Shown here: in pieces, positions 49,750 through 60,897 of the stretch
Position numbering within the stretch: the stretch's first letter is position 1
Layout of the letters: each line of letters opens with the position of its first letter
Source of the DNA: Alphaproteobacteria bacterium
GTDB taxonomy: Bacteria; Pseudomonadota; Alphaproteobacteria; UBA828
Direction: 5' to 3'
Assembly (NCBI GenBank): GCA_965237415.1
Contig: CBDEFM010000002.1
Span: 1,312,001 to 1,376,000, forward strand
Length of the DNA stretch: 64,000 bases
The notes under the pieces: model-generated
What the model saw: the letters and a program-made list of their open reading frames with translations, nothing else
What the model was told of the DNA's origin: nothing
The model's database searches: none
Made by a program: the position numbers and the translations under genes

Positions 49750-50094
49750 ATGAGCCGCGCCACGGTCAACGCGATCTGCCAGACGTTCCCCGGCGCGGAG
49801 GTGTCCGACCCCTGGGGCGGCGGTCACGACGCCTGGAAGGTGGGCGGCAAGATGTTCGCCTGCATCGGTTCCAAAATTCCGGGTGTCGCGATCAAGACCG
49901 ACAGCATCGAGACCGCCGAGATGCTGATCGAGATGGGCGTCGGCCGTAAGGCGCCTTATTTCCACCGGTCCTGGATCAACGTCTCCTGGGACCTGCCGGA
50001 AGACGAGCTTCGTCAGCGGCTCGCGGACTCCTACCGCATCGTGCGCGCGGGCCTCATGCGCAAGGCACAGGCAAGCCTCGCACCCTTCGACTGA
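49750..50094 (+). CDS. MmcQ/YjbR family DNA-binding protein
   Basis: PWG...WKVGGKMFA...APYFHRSWI...L..SY..V. Confidence 0.85.
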   Translation: MSRATVNAICQTFPGAEVSDPWGGGHDAWKVGGKMFACIGSKIPGVAIKTDSIETAEMLIEMGVGRKAPYFHRSWINVSWDLPEDELRQRLADSYRIVRAGLMRKAQASLAPFD

Positions 50095-50202
50095 CGGCCT
50101 GAACGGCCAAATCGCCCCGCCCGCCTGCTTGCGGCCCGCCGGGGGCTGGGCCACTGTGGCCGCCGCCGGCCTATGGCCGAGTCTGGAGAGGAGGTCCCGG
50201 CC

Positions 50203-51891
50203 ATGGACATGGTCACCATGAACATCATCGATTCGACGATGGTGTCCATCTGCCGCGAGATGGGCATCACGATGATGAAGACCTCCTATTCGACCATCTT
50301 CAACGAAGGCATGGACTTCACCTGCGGCCTCGGCAACACGCGGGGCGACATGATCGCGGTCGCCGAGTTCAACCCCTCGCAGATCGGCGGCATGCCGCTC
50401 GTCCTCCAGACCTCGGCCCAGGAAATCCCCCACGATCAGGTCGAGGAAGGCGATGTGATCGTCCACAACGACCCCTACCGGGGCGGCATGCACACGCCCG
50501 AGCACACCTTCATGAAGCCGGTCTTCTACGAGGGCGAGCTCGTGGGCTACGCCATCGCCATCGGCCATGTCGCGGAGGTGGGCGGCATGGTGCCGGGCGG
50601 CTTCGCCGGCGAGGCCACGGAGATCTTCCACGAGGGCATGCGCGTCCCCCCGGTCAAGATCAAGGAGCGGGGAGAGGACGTGGTCGAGGTGTGGAAGCTC
50701 ATGCTCGCGAACTACCGCACCCCGCGCGCCAACTACGGCGATTTTCGGGCGCTCATCAGCGCCGTCGACGTGGGTGCGGCCAGGCTCGAGGCGCTGATCG
50801 AGAAGTACGGCCCGGAAACCTTCCACACGACCGTCGACGATCTGATGGACTACGCGGAAGCCCGCATGCGGGCGGAGCTCTCGGCCTTTCGCGACGGGGT
50901 CTACAGCTTCGAGGACTACATGGAGGACGACGGCATCGAGGACCGGCCGTACAAGATCCACGTCGATGTCCACGTGCAGGGCGACGAGGTGGTGGTCGAT
51001 TACGGCGGCACGGACAGCCAGGCGCGGGGCCCGATCAATGCCGTGCTCTCGGTCGCCTGGTCATCGGCCTACAACGCGATCCTGCACCTCACCGACCCCT
51101 CGATCCCCAAGAACTCCGGCTGCTTCCGCCCGATCAAGATCGTGGCGCCGGGCGGCTCCCTGGTGAACGCGGACTATCCGGCGACCTGCGTCGGCGGCAA
51201 CACCGAGACCCACATCCGCATCGCCTACACGATCATCGCGGCGCTCTCGCAATGTGTGCCGGATCGCGCCTTCGCCACCGACGCCGGCACCCACAGCAAC
51301 TTCCTCTTCGGCGCAACCGATCCGCGCTCGGGCGACTACGTGGTCTGCTACGACTTCACTTGCGCCGCCTGGGGCGGGCGGTCCTTCGCCGACGGCAACG
51401 AGGTCATCAACTGCATCAACGGCAACTCGCGGATGGTGCCAATCGAGGTCTTCGAGGTGCGCTATCCGTGGATGATCGAGGAATACGCGCTGCAGCCGGA
51501 CACCGCCGGCCCCGGCCGTTTCCGGGGGGCGCATGCGCTCGCCAAGGTGCTGCGGTGCATGGACACGGAAATCACGGTGAGCTCGGTCTCCGACCGTCAC
51601 AAGATGCGCCCCTGGGGGCTGCTCGGCGGTGGGCCCGGGGCGACGGGCGGCCTCTTCTACCGGGCTGCGGGGAGCGACGACTGGCAACCCTTCACCGAGG
51701 CCTTCGGCAAGACCTCGCCCAGCAAGTTCGCCAATACGACGATCTGCCCCGGCGATCGCGTCCGCCTGATCGCGCCGGGCGCGGGCGGCTACGGCAATGT
51801 CGCCGAGCGCGACCCCGCCATGATCGCGGAAGACCTGAGCGAAGGCTGGATCACGCCGGAAGGCGCGCGGCGCGACTACGGCTACGGCTAG
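50203..51891 (+). CDS. Hydantoinase B/oxoprolinase family protein
   Basis: NDPYRGGMHTPE, H.AEVGG..PG, GPGRFRG, GAGGYG...ERD; GAGGAGG RBS. Confidence 0.9.
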   Translation: MDMVTMNIIDSTMVSICREMGITMMKTSYSTIFNEGMDFTCGLGNTRGDMIAVAEFNPSQIGGMPLVLQTSAQEIPHDQVEEGDVIVHNDPYRGGMHTPEHTFMKPVFYEGELVGYAIAIGHVAEVGGMVPGGFAGEATEIFHEGMRVPPVKIKERGEDVVEVWKLMLANYRTPRANYGDFRALISAVDVGAARLEALIEKYGPETFHTTVDDLMDYAEARMRAELSAFRDGVYSFEDYMEDDGIEDRPYKIHVDVHVQGDEVVVDYGGTDSQARGPINAVLSVAWSSAYNAILHLTDPSIPKNSGCFRPIKIVAPGGSLVNADYPATCVGGNTETHIRIAYTIIAALSQCVPDRAFATDAGTHSNFLFGATDPRSGDYVVCYDFTCAAWGGRSFADGNEVINCINGNSRMVPIEVFEVRYPWMIEEYALQPDTAGPGRFRGAHALAKVLRCMDTEITVSSVSDRHKMRPWGLLGGGPGATGGLFYRAAGSDDWQPFTEAFGKTSPSKFANTTICPGDRVRLIAPGAGGYGNVAERDPAMIAEDLSEGWITPEGARRDYGYG

Positions 51892-52344
51892 CATCAACCC
51901 GCCGCTGCCGTTGGAGTTCTTATCCTGATTGACGTGTAGGACTCATCCTGTTTGCCGCGCGGAACTCATCCTGATTGGCGCGCCTTAGGAATTGCCAGAT
52001 GACCACCATCTCTGCACACGCCGATTACCCGATGATACTCTCTCCTTGATTGACCTGGCGGCCACTTCCATCGCCGATCCCCGCACTGTCTGAAAATGGG
52101 GCAGCATCTGCTAGAAGGTTGTGCAAAATCAAACAGGAGGAAGTACGCTAAGGCGCTTATTCTCTCCTGAAAACCTACGTGTGCATGCGGAGTATCAATG
52201 TTAGGAGAAAACCGTTCTTGTACGATCTTCGAGAGCAAAGTGGCGAATGTTGATTAATAAACTTCCCGAGCGGAACCCTAGCACGATGACTTGACTGGTT
52301 CAGAGACCGCACGGTGCCTCATTGGTATTGTGGAGAAATCGACT

Positions 52345-52954
52345 ATGAAGTTATTGCCGTACAGTCAAAAACTTCGCATCAACACTTTGCGGGTTCTTGC
52401 TCTTTGTGTCTTGCCGATACCACTCTTCATCAGACCGTATTACGATGAGACCTTGCTTGGCGAAGTCTTGGAGCAAGCTGGGAGTCCTACTGATCGTTGC
52501 TTGTGTGTTTGGGAGGTGCTGGACAATTCTCTACATAGGTGGCCGCAAGAACGAAACATTGGTGATGACCGGGCCATATTCTATTTGCCGCAATCCGTTG
52601 TATCTATTTTCGACCATCGGTGTGCTCGGTTTCGGACTAATGCTTCAAAGCCTTATTTATGCCGCACTGCTGACGTCAGTCGTCTTTCCGATCTTTATCT
52701 GGACGATCAGAAAGGAAGAAGCATTCCTGCGCCAGAAATTTGGGGAGAGCTACGTTACCTATGCGGATAGGACACCACGCATCGTCCCCACCAACATAAA
52801 AACTATGAACCACGCTCTTAGCTTGACCATCAATGTGCAGGTTCTAAAGCGAACGTTTCTTGATTCTATACTATTTGTCCTCTTGATTCCAATCTCTGAA
52901 GTTTTCGAAATTCTTCGCGAATTGAATACGGCTGCAACGTTCGTGTTATACTGA
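52345..52954 (+). pseudogene. Isoprenylcysteine carboxyl methyltransferase (ICMT/PEMT)-family membrane protein, frameshifted, AT-rich
   Basis: GR.W.ILYIGGRKN..LV.TGPYS.CRNPLYLFS...EE.FL...FG..Y..Y..RTPR; N-terminus MKLLPYSQK in another frame, shift at GCTGGGAGTC (about 52480). Confidence 0.7.
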
Positions 52955-53196
52955 CGAGCTAAGCCACTACAAAGACACGTTTCTGACCGACCTATCGAAG
53001 TCGTGTGTGTTTCCGACTACCGCCCGGGGAAAGCCGCACCGGGCGTAGCGCATCCACGCGCACGCGCGCTCGATGCGGGACATCGGGCCAGCGGCTTGAC
53101 GCACGCTCTCGGCCGGAGGGCGTGGCCCTTCGGGCTATGTCCGGGGTGAGAATTTCGGGCTGGAGCAACGTGACGCCGGCGCGCGCCAACTGACGT

Positions 53197-53592
53197 CTAG
53201 ATGCGCGCGACACCCGCCCTGGCGCAATCCTCGTCCTCCTCGCCGGTGCCGCCGCCGACACCGCAGGCACCGATGACCTGGCCGTCGCGGATGATCGGCA
53301 CGGCGCCCCGGCCGAGGATCATGTGCCCGCCGTCGGCCGTGACGATGCCGCGGAAGGTCGGGTGATCCGCGCGCTCGGTGAGGTCGCCGCTCGGCCGCCC
53401 GAAGGCGGCGGACGCGACGGCCTTGCCCTGGCAGCCGTAGACAGCGGCCCAGATGGCGCCGTCCATGCGCTGGAACGAGACCAGACGCCCGCCGGCATCG
53501 CAGACCGCGACGCAGACCAGGATATCGATGCTCGTCGCGTGCGCGATCGCGCCAGCGGCGATGCGGTTGGCTTCGTCGAGTGTGAGCGCCAT
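53197..53592 (-). CDS. GlcG/HbpS-family haem-binding protein
   Basis: VAVCDAGG.LV.FQRMDGA...KA.ASA...GAVPI..DG.VIGACGVGGG...ED. Confidence 0.88.
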   Translation of the reverse strand: MALTLDEANRIAAGAIAHATSIDILVCVAVCDAGGRLVSFQRMDGAIWAAVYGCQGKAVASAAFGRPSGDLTERADHPTFRGIVTADGGHMILGRGAVPIIRDGQVIGACGVGGGTGEEDEDCARAGVARI

Positions 53593-53629
53593 GACGTTTC
53601 TCCTTCTGTAGCCGGCGGCCAGCGCACTG

Positions 53630-56600
53630 TTACTCGGCGGCCTCCGGGAGCGGTTCGGCCCGCTCCGCCGCCGGTCCGTAGCCGCCGCCGGTCGGGGTCT
53701 GCAACACGAAAACGTCGCCCGGCCCGACAGACGTGCCCTCCCGCCCCGAAAGCTCAGTCACCGTGCCGTCCGCCCGCTCGATCCAGTTGCGGCCGCACTG
53801 GCCGGGCTCGCCGCCCGCCATGCCGTAAGGCGGCACGATGCGGTGATTCGAGACGATAACGAGCTCCATGTCTTCGAGGAAGCGGATGCGCCGGTCGCAG
53901 CCCGAGCCGCCGACATAGGCACCCGCGCCGCCGGAGCCGTGCCGGACGGAGAAGCTGACCAGCATCACCGGGTAGCGCCATTCCAGCACCTCGGGGTCGG
54001 TGAGGCGCGTGTTGGTCATGTGCGTGTGCACGGCCGAGGTGCCGTCGAAGCCCGGGCCCGCGCCGGAGCCGCCGCACACCGTCTCGTAGTACTGGTGCGT
54101 GTCGTTGCCGAAGATGACGTTGTTCATCGTCCCCTGGCTCGCCGCGAGCACGCCGAGGGCGCCGAACAGCGCGTCCGTCACCGCCTGGCTGGTTTCGGTG
54201 TTGCCGGCGACGACGGCGGCCGGATATTCCGGCGCCAGCATGCAGCCCTTTGGGATGACGATGTTGATGGGCTTCAGGCAGCCCTCGTTCAGCGGGATGT
54301 TGTCGTCCACCAGGGCGCGGAAGACGTAGAGCACGGCCGAGCGGCAGACCGCCGACGGCGCGTTGAAGTTGGTCGGCCGCTGCGGGCTGGTGCCGGTGAA
54401 GTCGACGGTCGCTTCGCGCTTCTCCTTGTCGAAGCTGATCTTCACCCTGATCGTGCCGCCTTCGTCGAGCGGATAGGCGAACTCGCCGTCCGCCATCACG
54501 TCGATGACGCGGCGGACCTGCTCCTCGGCATTGTCCTGGACGTGGCGCATGTAGGCGTGGACCACATCGAGGCCGAACTGCTCGATCATGCGGTGGACCT
54601 CGCCGACGCCCCTGTTGCCGGCGGCGATCTGCGCCTTGAGATCGGCGACGTTGTGGTCGGGCTGGCGCGCCGGGTAGCGGCCCGCGGCGAGATGCGCGCG
54701 TAGTTTGTCCTCCAGGAAGACGCCGGCATCCACCAGCTTGAAGTTGTCGAAGAGGATGCCTTCCTCCTCCACGGTCCGGCTGTCCGGCGGCGTGGAGCCC
54801 GGCGTGCGCCCGCCGATATCGGCGTGGTGGCCGCGGCTCGCGACGAAGAACAGGATCTCCTCCCCCGCCATGTCGAAGATGGGGGTGATGACCGTGACGT
54901 CCGGCAGGTGGGTACCGCCGTTGTAGGGCGCGTTCACCACGTAGACATCGCCCGGCTTCAGGGCGCCGCGGTTCTCCTGCAGCACGGTGCGGACCGATTC
55001 GCCCATCGAGCCGAGATGGATCGGGATGTGCGGCGCGTTGGCGACCAGATTGCCGTCGGGGTCGAAGAGCGCGCAGGAGAAATCGAGCCGCTCCTTGATG
55101 TTCACGGAATAGGCGGTGTTCTCCAGCGTCACACCCATCTGCTCGGCGATCGACATGAAGAGATTGTTGAACACCTCGAGCATGACCGGGTCGCACTCGG
55201 TGCCCACCGCGAAGGTCCGCTCGAGAGGGACGACGCGGGTGAGAACCAGGTGGCTCTTCGCCGTGAGTTCGGCTTGCCAGCCGGGCTCGACGACGGTCGT
55301 GGCGGTCTGCTCGCGGACGATGGCGGGGCCGGTGACGCGGTTGCCGGGCACGAGCACGTCCCGGTCATAGACCGGCGTCTCGTGCTCACGCCCGTCCATG
55401 TGCGCCGTCACCAGAGCAAGACGCGGCACGTCGTCGGGTGTCGCCCGGTCGCTGCGGTCCGCCTCCTGTGTCTCCGCCATCACGCCGATGCCTTCGACCG
55501 CTGCGGCTTCGACGATCAGCCTCTTCTCCGGCATGATGAAGCCGTAGTGCCGGTGGTGCGCGGCCTCGAAGCGGGCCGTCATCTCCGCGGGCGTCCCGAA
55601 CTCGATCGCGTGCGGCGTGTCGCTCCCCTCGTAGCGGATGTGCGCGCGGCGGATGATCTCGATCCGTTCGTCGGGAATGTCCTGTTCCGTGAGTTCCGTT
55701 TCGACCTGGGCGGCGAGATCGTCGAGCGCCGCCGTAAGCTGCGACATCAGCGCATCGTCGAGGGGCGCTTCGACCGCCTTCTCCCTGAGCGCCCCGATGT
55801 CGGCGAGACCCATGCCGTAGGCGGAGAGAACGCCGGCGAAGGGGTGGATCAGGACCGTGGTCATGCCCAGCGCATCCGCCACCAGGCAGGCGTGCTGACC
55901 GCCCGCGCCGCCGAAGCAGTTGAGCGTGTAGCCGGTCACGTCGTAGCCGCGCTGCACGGAGATCTTCTTGATCGCGTTGGCCATGTTCTCGACCGCGATC
56001 TTGAGGAAGCCGGCGGCGACTTCCACCGGCGTGCGCTCGTCGCCGGTAGTCTCCCGTATCTCCACCGCGAGGGCCGCGAATTTATCGCGCACCGTGGCGG
56101 CATCCAGCGGCTCGTCCTGGCCGGGGCCGAAGACATGGGGAAAGAACGCCGGCTGCAGCGTGCCCAGCATGACGTTGCAGTCGGTGACGCAAAGCGGCCC
56201 GCCGCGCCGGTAGCTGGCAGGGCCGGGATCGGCGCCCGCGGACTCAGGCCCGACGCGATAGCGCGCGCCATCGAAGAAGCAGATCGAGCCGCCGCCCGCC
56301 GCCACCGTGTGAATCAGCATCATCGGTGCGCGCATGCGCACGCCCGCCACCAGGGTCTCGAAGGCGCGCTCGTATTCGCCGTCGTAGTGCGCGACGTCCG
56401 TCGACGTGCCGCCCATGTCGAAGGAGATGATCTTGTCGAAGCCGGCCTGCCCCGCCGTCTCCACCGCGCCGACGATGCCGCCGGCCGGGCCGCTCAAGAT
56501 GGCGTCCTTGCCCTGGAAGAGCGTGGCGTCGGTGAGGCCCCCGCTCGACTGCATGAACATGAGCCGGGTGCCGCCCAGCTCCGCCGCCACCTGATCGACA

Positions 56601-57274
56601 TAGCGGCGCAGCAGGGGCGAGAGGTAGGCGTCGACCACCGTCGTGTCGCCGCGGCTCACGAGCTTCATCAGCGGGCTCGTCTCGTGGCTCGTCGAAATCT
56701 GGGTGAAGCCGATTTCGCGCGCGAGTGCGGCCGCCGCCTGCTCATGGGCGGGGAAGCGGTAGCCGTGCATGAAGACGATCGCGACGGAGCGGATGCCGTC
56801 GTCGAAGGCGGCCTGGAGCAAGGGCCGCGCCGCCGCCCCATCCAACGCACGGAGCACCGTGCCGTCCGCCATCACCCGCTCGTCCGCCTCCACCACCCGC
56901 TCGTACAGCATCGTGGGCAGCACGATCTGGCGGTCGAAGAGGTTGGGCCGCGTCTGGTAGCCGATACGCAGCGCATCGGCGAAGCCCGTCGTCGTGACCA
57001 GCAGCGTGCGGTCGCCCTGGCGCTCCAGCAGGGCGTTGGTCGCGACCGTCGTGCCCATCTTGACGACGTCGATCTCGGAGCCGGGAATTGGCGTGCCGGC
57101 GGCGACACCCATGAGATCGCGAATGCCCTGGATCGCCGCGTCGCGGTAGTGCTCGGGGTTCTCCGAGAGCAGCTTGCGCGTCACCAGCACGCCGCCGGGT
57201 CGGCGCCCCACGATGTCGGTGAAGGTTCCGCCCCGGTCGATCCAGAACTGCCAATGCGGCTGGGTCTCAGCCAT
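53630..57274 (-). CDS. ATP-dependent 5-oxoprolinase, fused hydantoinase A/B type
   Basis: [56 protein letters not shown]. Confidence 0.93.
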   Translation of the reverse strand: MAETQPHWQFWIDRGGTFTDIVGRRPGGVLVTRKLLSENPEHYRDAAIQGIRDLMGVAAGTPIPGSEIDVVKMGTTVATNALLERQGDRTLLVTTTGFADALRIGYQTRPNLFDRQIVLPTMLYERVVEADERVMADGTVLRALDGAAARPLLQAAFDDGIRSVAIVFMHGYRFPAHEQAAAALAREIGFTQISTSHETSPLMKLVSRGDTTVVDAYLSPLLRRYVDQVAAELGGTRLMFMQSSGGLTDATLFQGKDAILSGPAGGIVGAVETAGQAGFDKIISFDMGGTSTDVAHYDGEYERAFETLVAGVRMRAPMMLIHTVAAGGGSICFFDGARYRVGPESAGADPGPASYRRGGPLCVTDCNVMLGTLQPAFFPHVFGPGQDEPLDAATVRDKFAALAVEIRETTGDERTPVEVAAGFLKIAVENMANAIKKISVQRGYDVTGYTLNCFGGAGGQHACLVADALGMTTVLIHPFAGVLSAYGMGLADIGALREKAVEAPLDDALMSQLTAALDDLAAQVETELTEQDIPDERIEIIRRAHIRYEGSDTPHAIEFGTPAEMTARFEAAHHRHYGFIMPEKRLIVEAAAVEGIGVMAETQEADRSDRATPDDVPRLALVTAHMDGREHETPVYDRDVLVPGNRVTGPAIVREQTATTVVEPGWQAELTAKSHLVLTRVVPLERTFAVGTECDPVMLEVFNNLFMSIAEQMGVTLENTAYSVNIKERLDFSCALFDPDGNLVANAPHIPIHLGSMGESVRTVLQENRGALKPGDVYVVNAPYNGGTHLPDVTVITPIFDMAGEEILFFVASRGHHADIGGRTPGSTPPDSRTVEEEGILFDNFKLVDAGVFLEDKLRAHLAAGRYPARQPDHNVADLKAQIAAGNRGVGEVHRMIEQFGLDVVHAYMRHVQDNAEEQVRRVIDVMADGEFAYPLDEGGTIRVKISFDKEKREATVDFTGTSPQRPTNFNAPSAVCRSAVLYVFRALVDDNIPLNEGCLKPINIVIPKGCMLAPEYPAAVVAGNTETSQAVTDALFGALGVLAASQGTMNNVIFGNDTHQYYETVCGGSGAGPGFDGTSAVHTHMTNTRLTDPEVLEWRYPVMLVSFSVRHGSGGAGAYVGGSGCDRRIRFLEDMELVIVSNHRIVPPYGMAGGEPGQCGRNWIERADGTVTELSGREGTSVGPGDVFVLQTPTGGGYGPAAERAEPLPEAAE

Positions 57275-57321
57275 GACGCAAGGCTCCCGCTATCGAACGA
57301 ACGTTGTCTGGGCTCAGGCCG

Positions 57322-58101
57322 TCAGTCGGCAAGCGCGATGGCGTCGCCGGCCCTGACCGGCCCTTCCTTGATCACCGCCGCGTAGACCCCGGCGAAGCCA
57401 TCGCGCGTCCTGTTGACGTGCTTCAAGAGCGCGGGCGTGGTTTCGGCGGTCTCCGGATGGATGGTGATGAACTTGCAGCGCGGGTCGCGCTCCACGACCA
57501 TCAGCTCGACCGCGTCGCCGACCGTGACCCGCCGGCCCACCAGCTCGTCCTCGTAGAACCCGCCCTGCTCGCTCCAATTGACGTAGAAATTGGCGCGGAA
57601 CTGCAGCTTGTGGACGTCGATGCCGGTCTCCTCGGCGAGCTGGTCCACTGTCTGCAGGGAAAAGAGCGTGACGGGGCGGCAATCGACCAAGCTGCGCTGG
57701 GTGAAGCGCAGCGAGAGCGCGCCCTTGGACTTGTCCTTAATCCCGTCCAGGAAGGCCGGGTCCTCGATGTCCACGACGGAGCCGTCGGGGCGCTCGACCT
57801 CCACGGCGAAGGCGTCGGCCTCGGGGAAGGGCGCGTGGACATTGGCGGGATGGCCCATCGCCTCTTCCATATTGTCGGGCTTGAGCGTCCCGTTGCGCTC
57901 CTTGAAACGCGCCTGGTAGAGGACGAGATCCTCCTGCTCCCGCGCCGTGTGCCAGGGGAAGGATTTTGGCGCGGCGGTGGACGCGACCGCATAGACCCGA
58001 TCGCCCATCAGCCCGGTAAAGGCGACGAAGATTTCGTCGACCTCTTCGCCCCGCATGCTCTTCACCGGATAGCGCCAGATGCTCTCCACCCTACCCAACA
58101 T
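57322..58101 (-). CDS. MOSC domain protein
   Basis: IWRYPVKSM.GE, GDR.YAV, FRANF, RC..IT..P.T, G.V..GD. Confidence 0.88.
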   Translation of the reverse strand: MLGRVESIWRYPVKSMRGEEVDEIFVAFTGLMGDRVYAVASTAAPKSFPWHTAREQEDLVLYQARFKERNGTLKPDNMEEAMGHPANVHAPFPEADAFAVEVERPDGSVVDIEDPAFLDGIKDKSKGALSLRFTQRSLVDCRPVTLFSLQTVDQLAEETGIDVHKLQFRANFYVNWSEQGGFYEDELVGRRVTVGDAVELMVVERDPRCKFITIHPETAETTPALLKHVNRTRDGFAGVYAAVIKEGPVRAGDAIALAD

Positions 58102-58181
58102 CGCTCCCTCTCCCTTCTCGAGTCAGCTCTGTCTGCCGACGATATCACCGGTGGCCGGGCCAGGCTTCCCTACTGTGTCTC

Positions 58182-59642
58182 TTATGCCGCCCAGGGGTCT
58201 TCCACCCGGGGCCAGTAGGGCTTCGCCAGCTTGGTGTAGGGGATCGCCGCGAAGTCGGGCGGGATCGCGCCGGGTGCCGCGACGTAGAGGATCTCCGCCG
58301 CGATGGGCGCGAAGCCCGCGTGGAAGTGCTGGGTGGACTTGACCACGACGATCTTCTTGTCGGCGGGATCGAGCCCCACGGCCGTGAAGGCATCGGGGTG
58401 AAAGACCTGGGTGCGGATGGTGTTGAGCACGAGGTCGAGACCGCCGTCCGCCCTCACCCACGCCGCATCGCCGATTCTGTTGCGGGCCGAGCCGAAGGTC
58501 TGATCGGCGCCTGTGACGATACGTTTGACGTTGACCGCGAGGTCCACCGGATCGCCGGAATCGGGGCCGCACTTGCCGCCGATGCGGAGGTTGAGCCGAG
58601 CCCCCTCCCCTGCCTCCACGCAAAACCGCACCGCCACCGGGTCCCAGTAGAGCCCGCTCGCGACATCGCCGATCCCGCGCGCGATCAGGCGCTCCAGGAT
58701 GAAGGTGGAATCGCTCGGTGCGCCGCCGCCGGCATTGTCCGAGACGTCCGCCAGCACGACCGGCCCGCCGTCGATGGCCAAGGCACGGTCAAGGGCTTCG
58801 TCTACACCGAAGGCGGTGGGCCGGGTCTCGTCGCGCATCGCCCAGAGCCGGGCAGCGAGATCGGCGGCGAGCGCGGCCGCCTTGTCCCGGTCGCCGTCGG
58901 CCACCACCAGCGTCTTGGCGCCGACCTCGGCCACGTCGCCCCACGGGAAGCCGTGGCCGAAGGAAACCGCGAGGACCCCATCCCGCCCTTCGCGCGCCTT
59001 CATGTCGGCGACGAAGGCCTGCATCTGCCCGCTCGTGGTGCGCCACATGCTGATCATCCGGCAGTCGTGGGCAGCCATGACCGGCCGAGTGCGCCCCAGG
59101 GCCGCCTCGTGACAGAGCCGGAACAGGTCTTCCGCCCGCTCGCCGATGTCGATGTGGGGATACTCCTTGTAGGTGATGAGCGCCGTCGCCGCCTCCAGCA
59201 TCAGCGGCGTGATGTGGCAGTGGAGGTCGAGCTCGCCGCCGAGCACGGTGTCCGGTCCGATGATCTCGCGCAGGCGGGCCAGCAGGTCGCCCTCGCAGTC
59301 GTCGTAGTCCTCCGCCACCATGGCGCCGTGCATGTTGACGAGCACGAGGTCGAGCGGCAGCGCGGCCTTGGCCTGCGCGAGGATTCGGTCGCGATAGCCC
59401 TCGTAGACGCGGCGGATCGTCCGCCCCGCCGGTTGGGCGAAGGCACAGAGCCCTTCGACGACCTCGTGCCCCTGTTCTTCGGCCCGCGTGCGCCAAATGT
59501 GTAGCGGCTGGCTGAAGGGCGTGGGCGCATGGCGGGTCGCATCGCCGTCGAAGTACGCCGTATCCAGGTACGTCTGCTCGCCGGTCGGCAGCGAGGAGAA
59601 GGTGTTGGTCTCGGTCCCGAGACAGGCGATGAAGACGCGCAT
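58182..59642 (-). CDS. M81/MlrC family metallopeptidase
   Basis: ETNTFS, MHGAM, LDLHCH, YPHID, DNAGGG, VVKS..HF.AGF. Confidence 0.9.
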   Translation of the reverse strand: MRVFIACLGTETNTFSSLPTGEQTYLDTAYFDGDATRHAPTPFSQPLHIWRTRAEEQGHEVVEGLCAFAQPAGRTIRRVYEGYRDRILAQAKAALPLDLVLVNMHGAMVAEDYDDCEGDLLARLREIIGPDTVLGGELDLHCHITPLMLEAATALITYKEYPHIDIGERAEDLFRLCHEAALGRTRPVMAAHDCRMISMWRTTSGQMQAFVADMKAREGRDGVLAVSFGHGFPWGDVAEVGAKTLVVADGDRDKAAALAADLAARLWAMRDETRPTAFGVDEALDRALAIDGGPVVLADVSDNAGGGAPSDSTFILERLIARGIGDVASGLYWDPVAVRFCVEAGEGARLNLRIGGKCGPDSGDPVDLAVNVKRIVTGADQTFGSARNRIGDAAWVRADGGLDLVLNTIRTQVFHPDAFTAVGLDPADKKIVVVKSTQHFHAGFAPIAAEILYVAAPGAIPPDFAAIPYTKLAKPYWPRVEDPWAA

Positions 59643-59809
59643 GGTCGCTTCCTCCCCATGGCCGCCCGGAATACGAGGCCCCGTCGCTACGCACCCGGAT
59701 ACAGCTGCCTCCGCGAAGCTACCGTGAGCGGGACGATGCTTCCAGGCAGGCGGCGCGGGCGGCATAATCGCGGCGCGCCGGTGGACGGGCGAACGAAAGG
59801 GGCAGCATC

Positions 59810-60838
59810 ATGGAAGTCGGGCTTTACGGAAACACCCACGGTCAATCCTATCGCGACGACGTGAACATGTTCCTCCACCACACGCCGGTGGAGGAGATGG
59901 ACCCGATCCGGGTGGCGCTCACCGCCGAGCGCGCGGGCATTCACTCGATCTGGTATCCCGACCATGTCTGCATGCCCTTCGATTCCGAGAGCTTCCACAC
60001 GGCCAACGTGTCCGGCCAGCGCGCCTACCAGCGCCGCCACAACATGCTGGACGGCGCCGTCGTCATGGGCGCCGTCGCGGTCCAGACCACGACGCTGAAG
60101 CTCGGGACCAGCGTGCTCATCGCGCCTTACCGGCATCCTCTCTCGGACGCGCGCCAGTTCATGACCGTGGATCACCTCTCGAACGGCCGGCTCATGCTCG
60201 GCGTCGGCGTCGGCTGGATGGTCGAGGAGTTCGAGGCCGTCGGCATCGACTTTGAGGAGCGCAACCGGCGCACCGAAGAGTGCATCCAGATCTACAAGGC
60301 CTCGTGGACCGGCGACCTCGCCACCTTCGAGGGCAACTACTACAGCTTCAGGAACGTCTCCCAGGACCCGAAGCCGGTGCAGAAGCCGCATCCGCCCATC
60401 GTCTTCGGCGGCAACACGATCCGGGGCGCGCGCCGCGCGGCCCGCTTCTGCAATGGGCTCTATCCGCTATTCCTCGATTCGCACGTCGAGGCCGGCCGTT
60501 ACGCCCCATTGCAGGACGAGGTGCGCCGCGAGCTCGAGGCTCAGGATCGCAGCCCGTCCGACTTCCTGATGCAATGCGCCGCGTCGGCGCGGATCACCGA
60601 CGCCGACGATCCGGCCGCGCAGGCCAAGCCGCGTCGCACCTGCACCGGTACGGGCGAGCAGATTGTCGAGGACCTCGCGCAGTTCGCGGAGGCCGGCTAC
60701 TCGATGGCGGTCTGCATGCTGGAATGCCCGTCGGGCACGCTTTCCGAACAGCTCGACCAGATCGAGCGCTTCGGCGCCGAGGTGATCCCCGAGGCCAAGA
60801 AGCTCAAGCCGGCCGGCGAGTGGAAGCCCGTCACCTGA
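59810..60838 (+). CDS. Luciferase-like (LLM class) flavin/F420-dependent oxidoreductase
   Basis: SIW.PDHV, LGTSVLI.PYRHP, DHLSNGRL.LGVGVGW..EEF, PKPVQKPHPPI..GG. Confidence 0.88.
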   Translation: MEVGLYGNTHGQSYRDDVNMFLHHTPVEEMDPIRVALTAERAGIHSIWYPDHVCMPFDSESFHTANVSGQRAYQRRHNMLDGAVVMGAVAVQTTTLKLGTSVLIAPYRHPLSDARQFMTVDHLSNGRLMLGVGVGWMVEEFEAVGIDFEERNRRTEECIQIYKASWTGDLATFEGNYYSFRNVSQDPKPVQKPHPPIVFGGNTIRGARRAARFCNGLYPLFLDSHVEAGRYAPLQDEVRRELEAQDRSPSDFLMQCAASARITDADDPAAQAKPRRTCTGTGEQIVEDLAQFAEAGYSMAVCMLECPSGTLSEQLDQIERFGAEVIPEAKKLKPAGEWKPVT

Positions 60839-60897
60839 CGGGCGAAAACACGTCGCAGGGGGTGAAGGCGGCGGGTGCAGGGACCCCTTAAAGAGGC

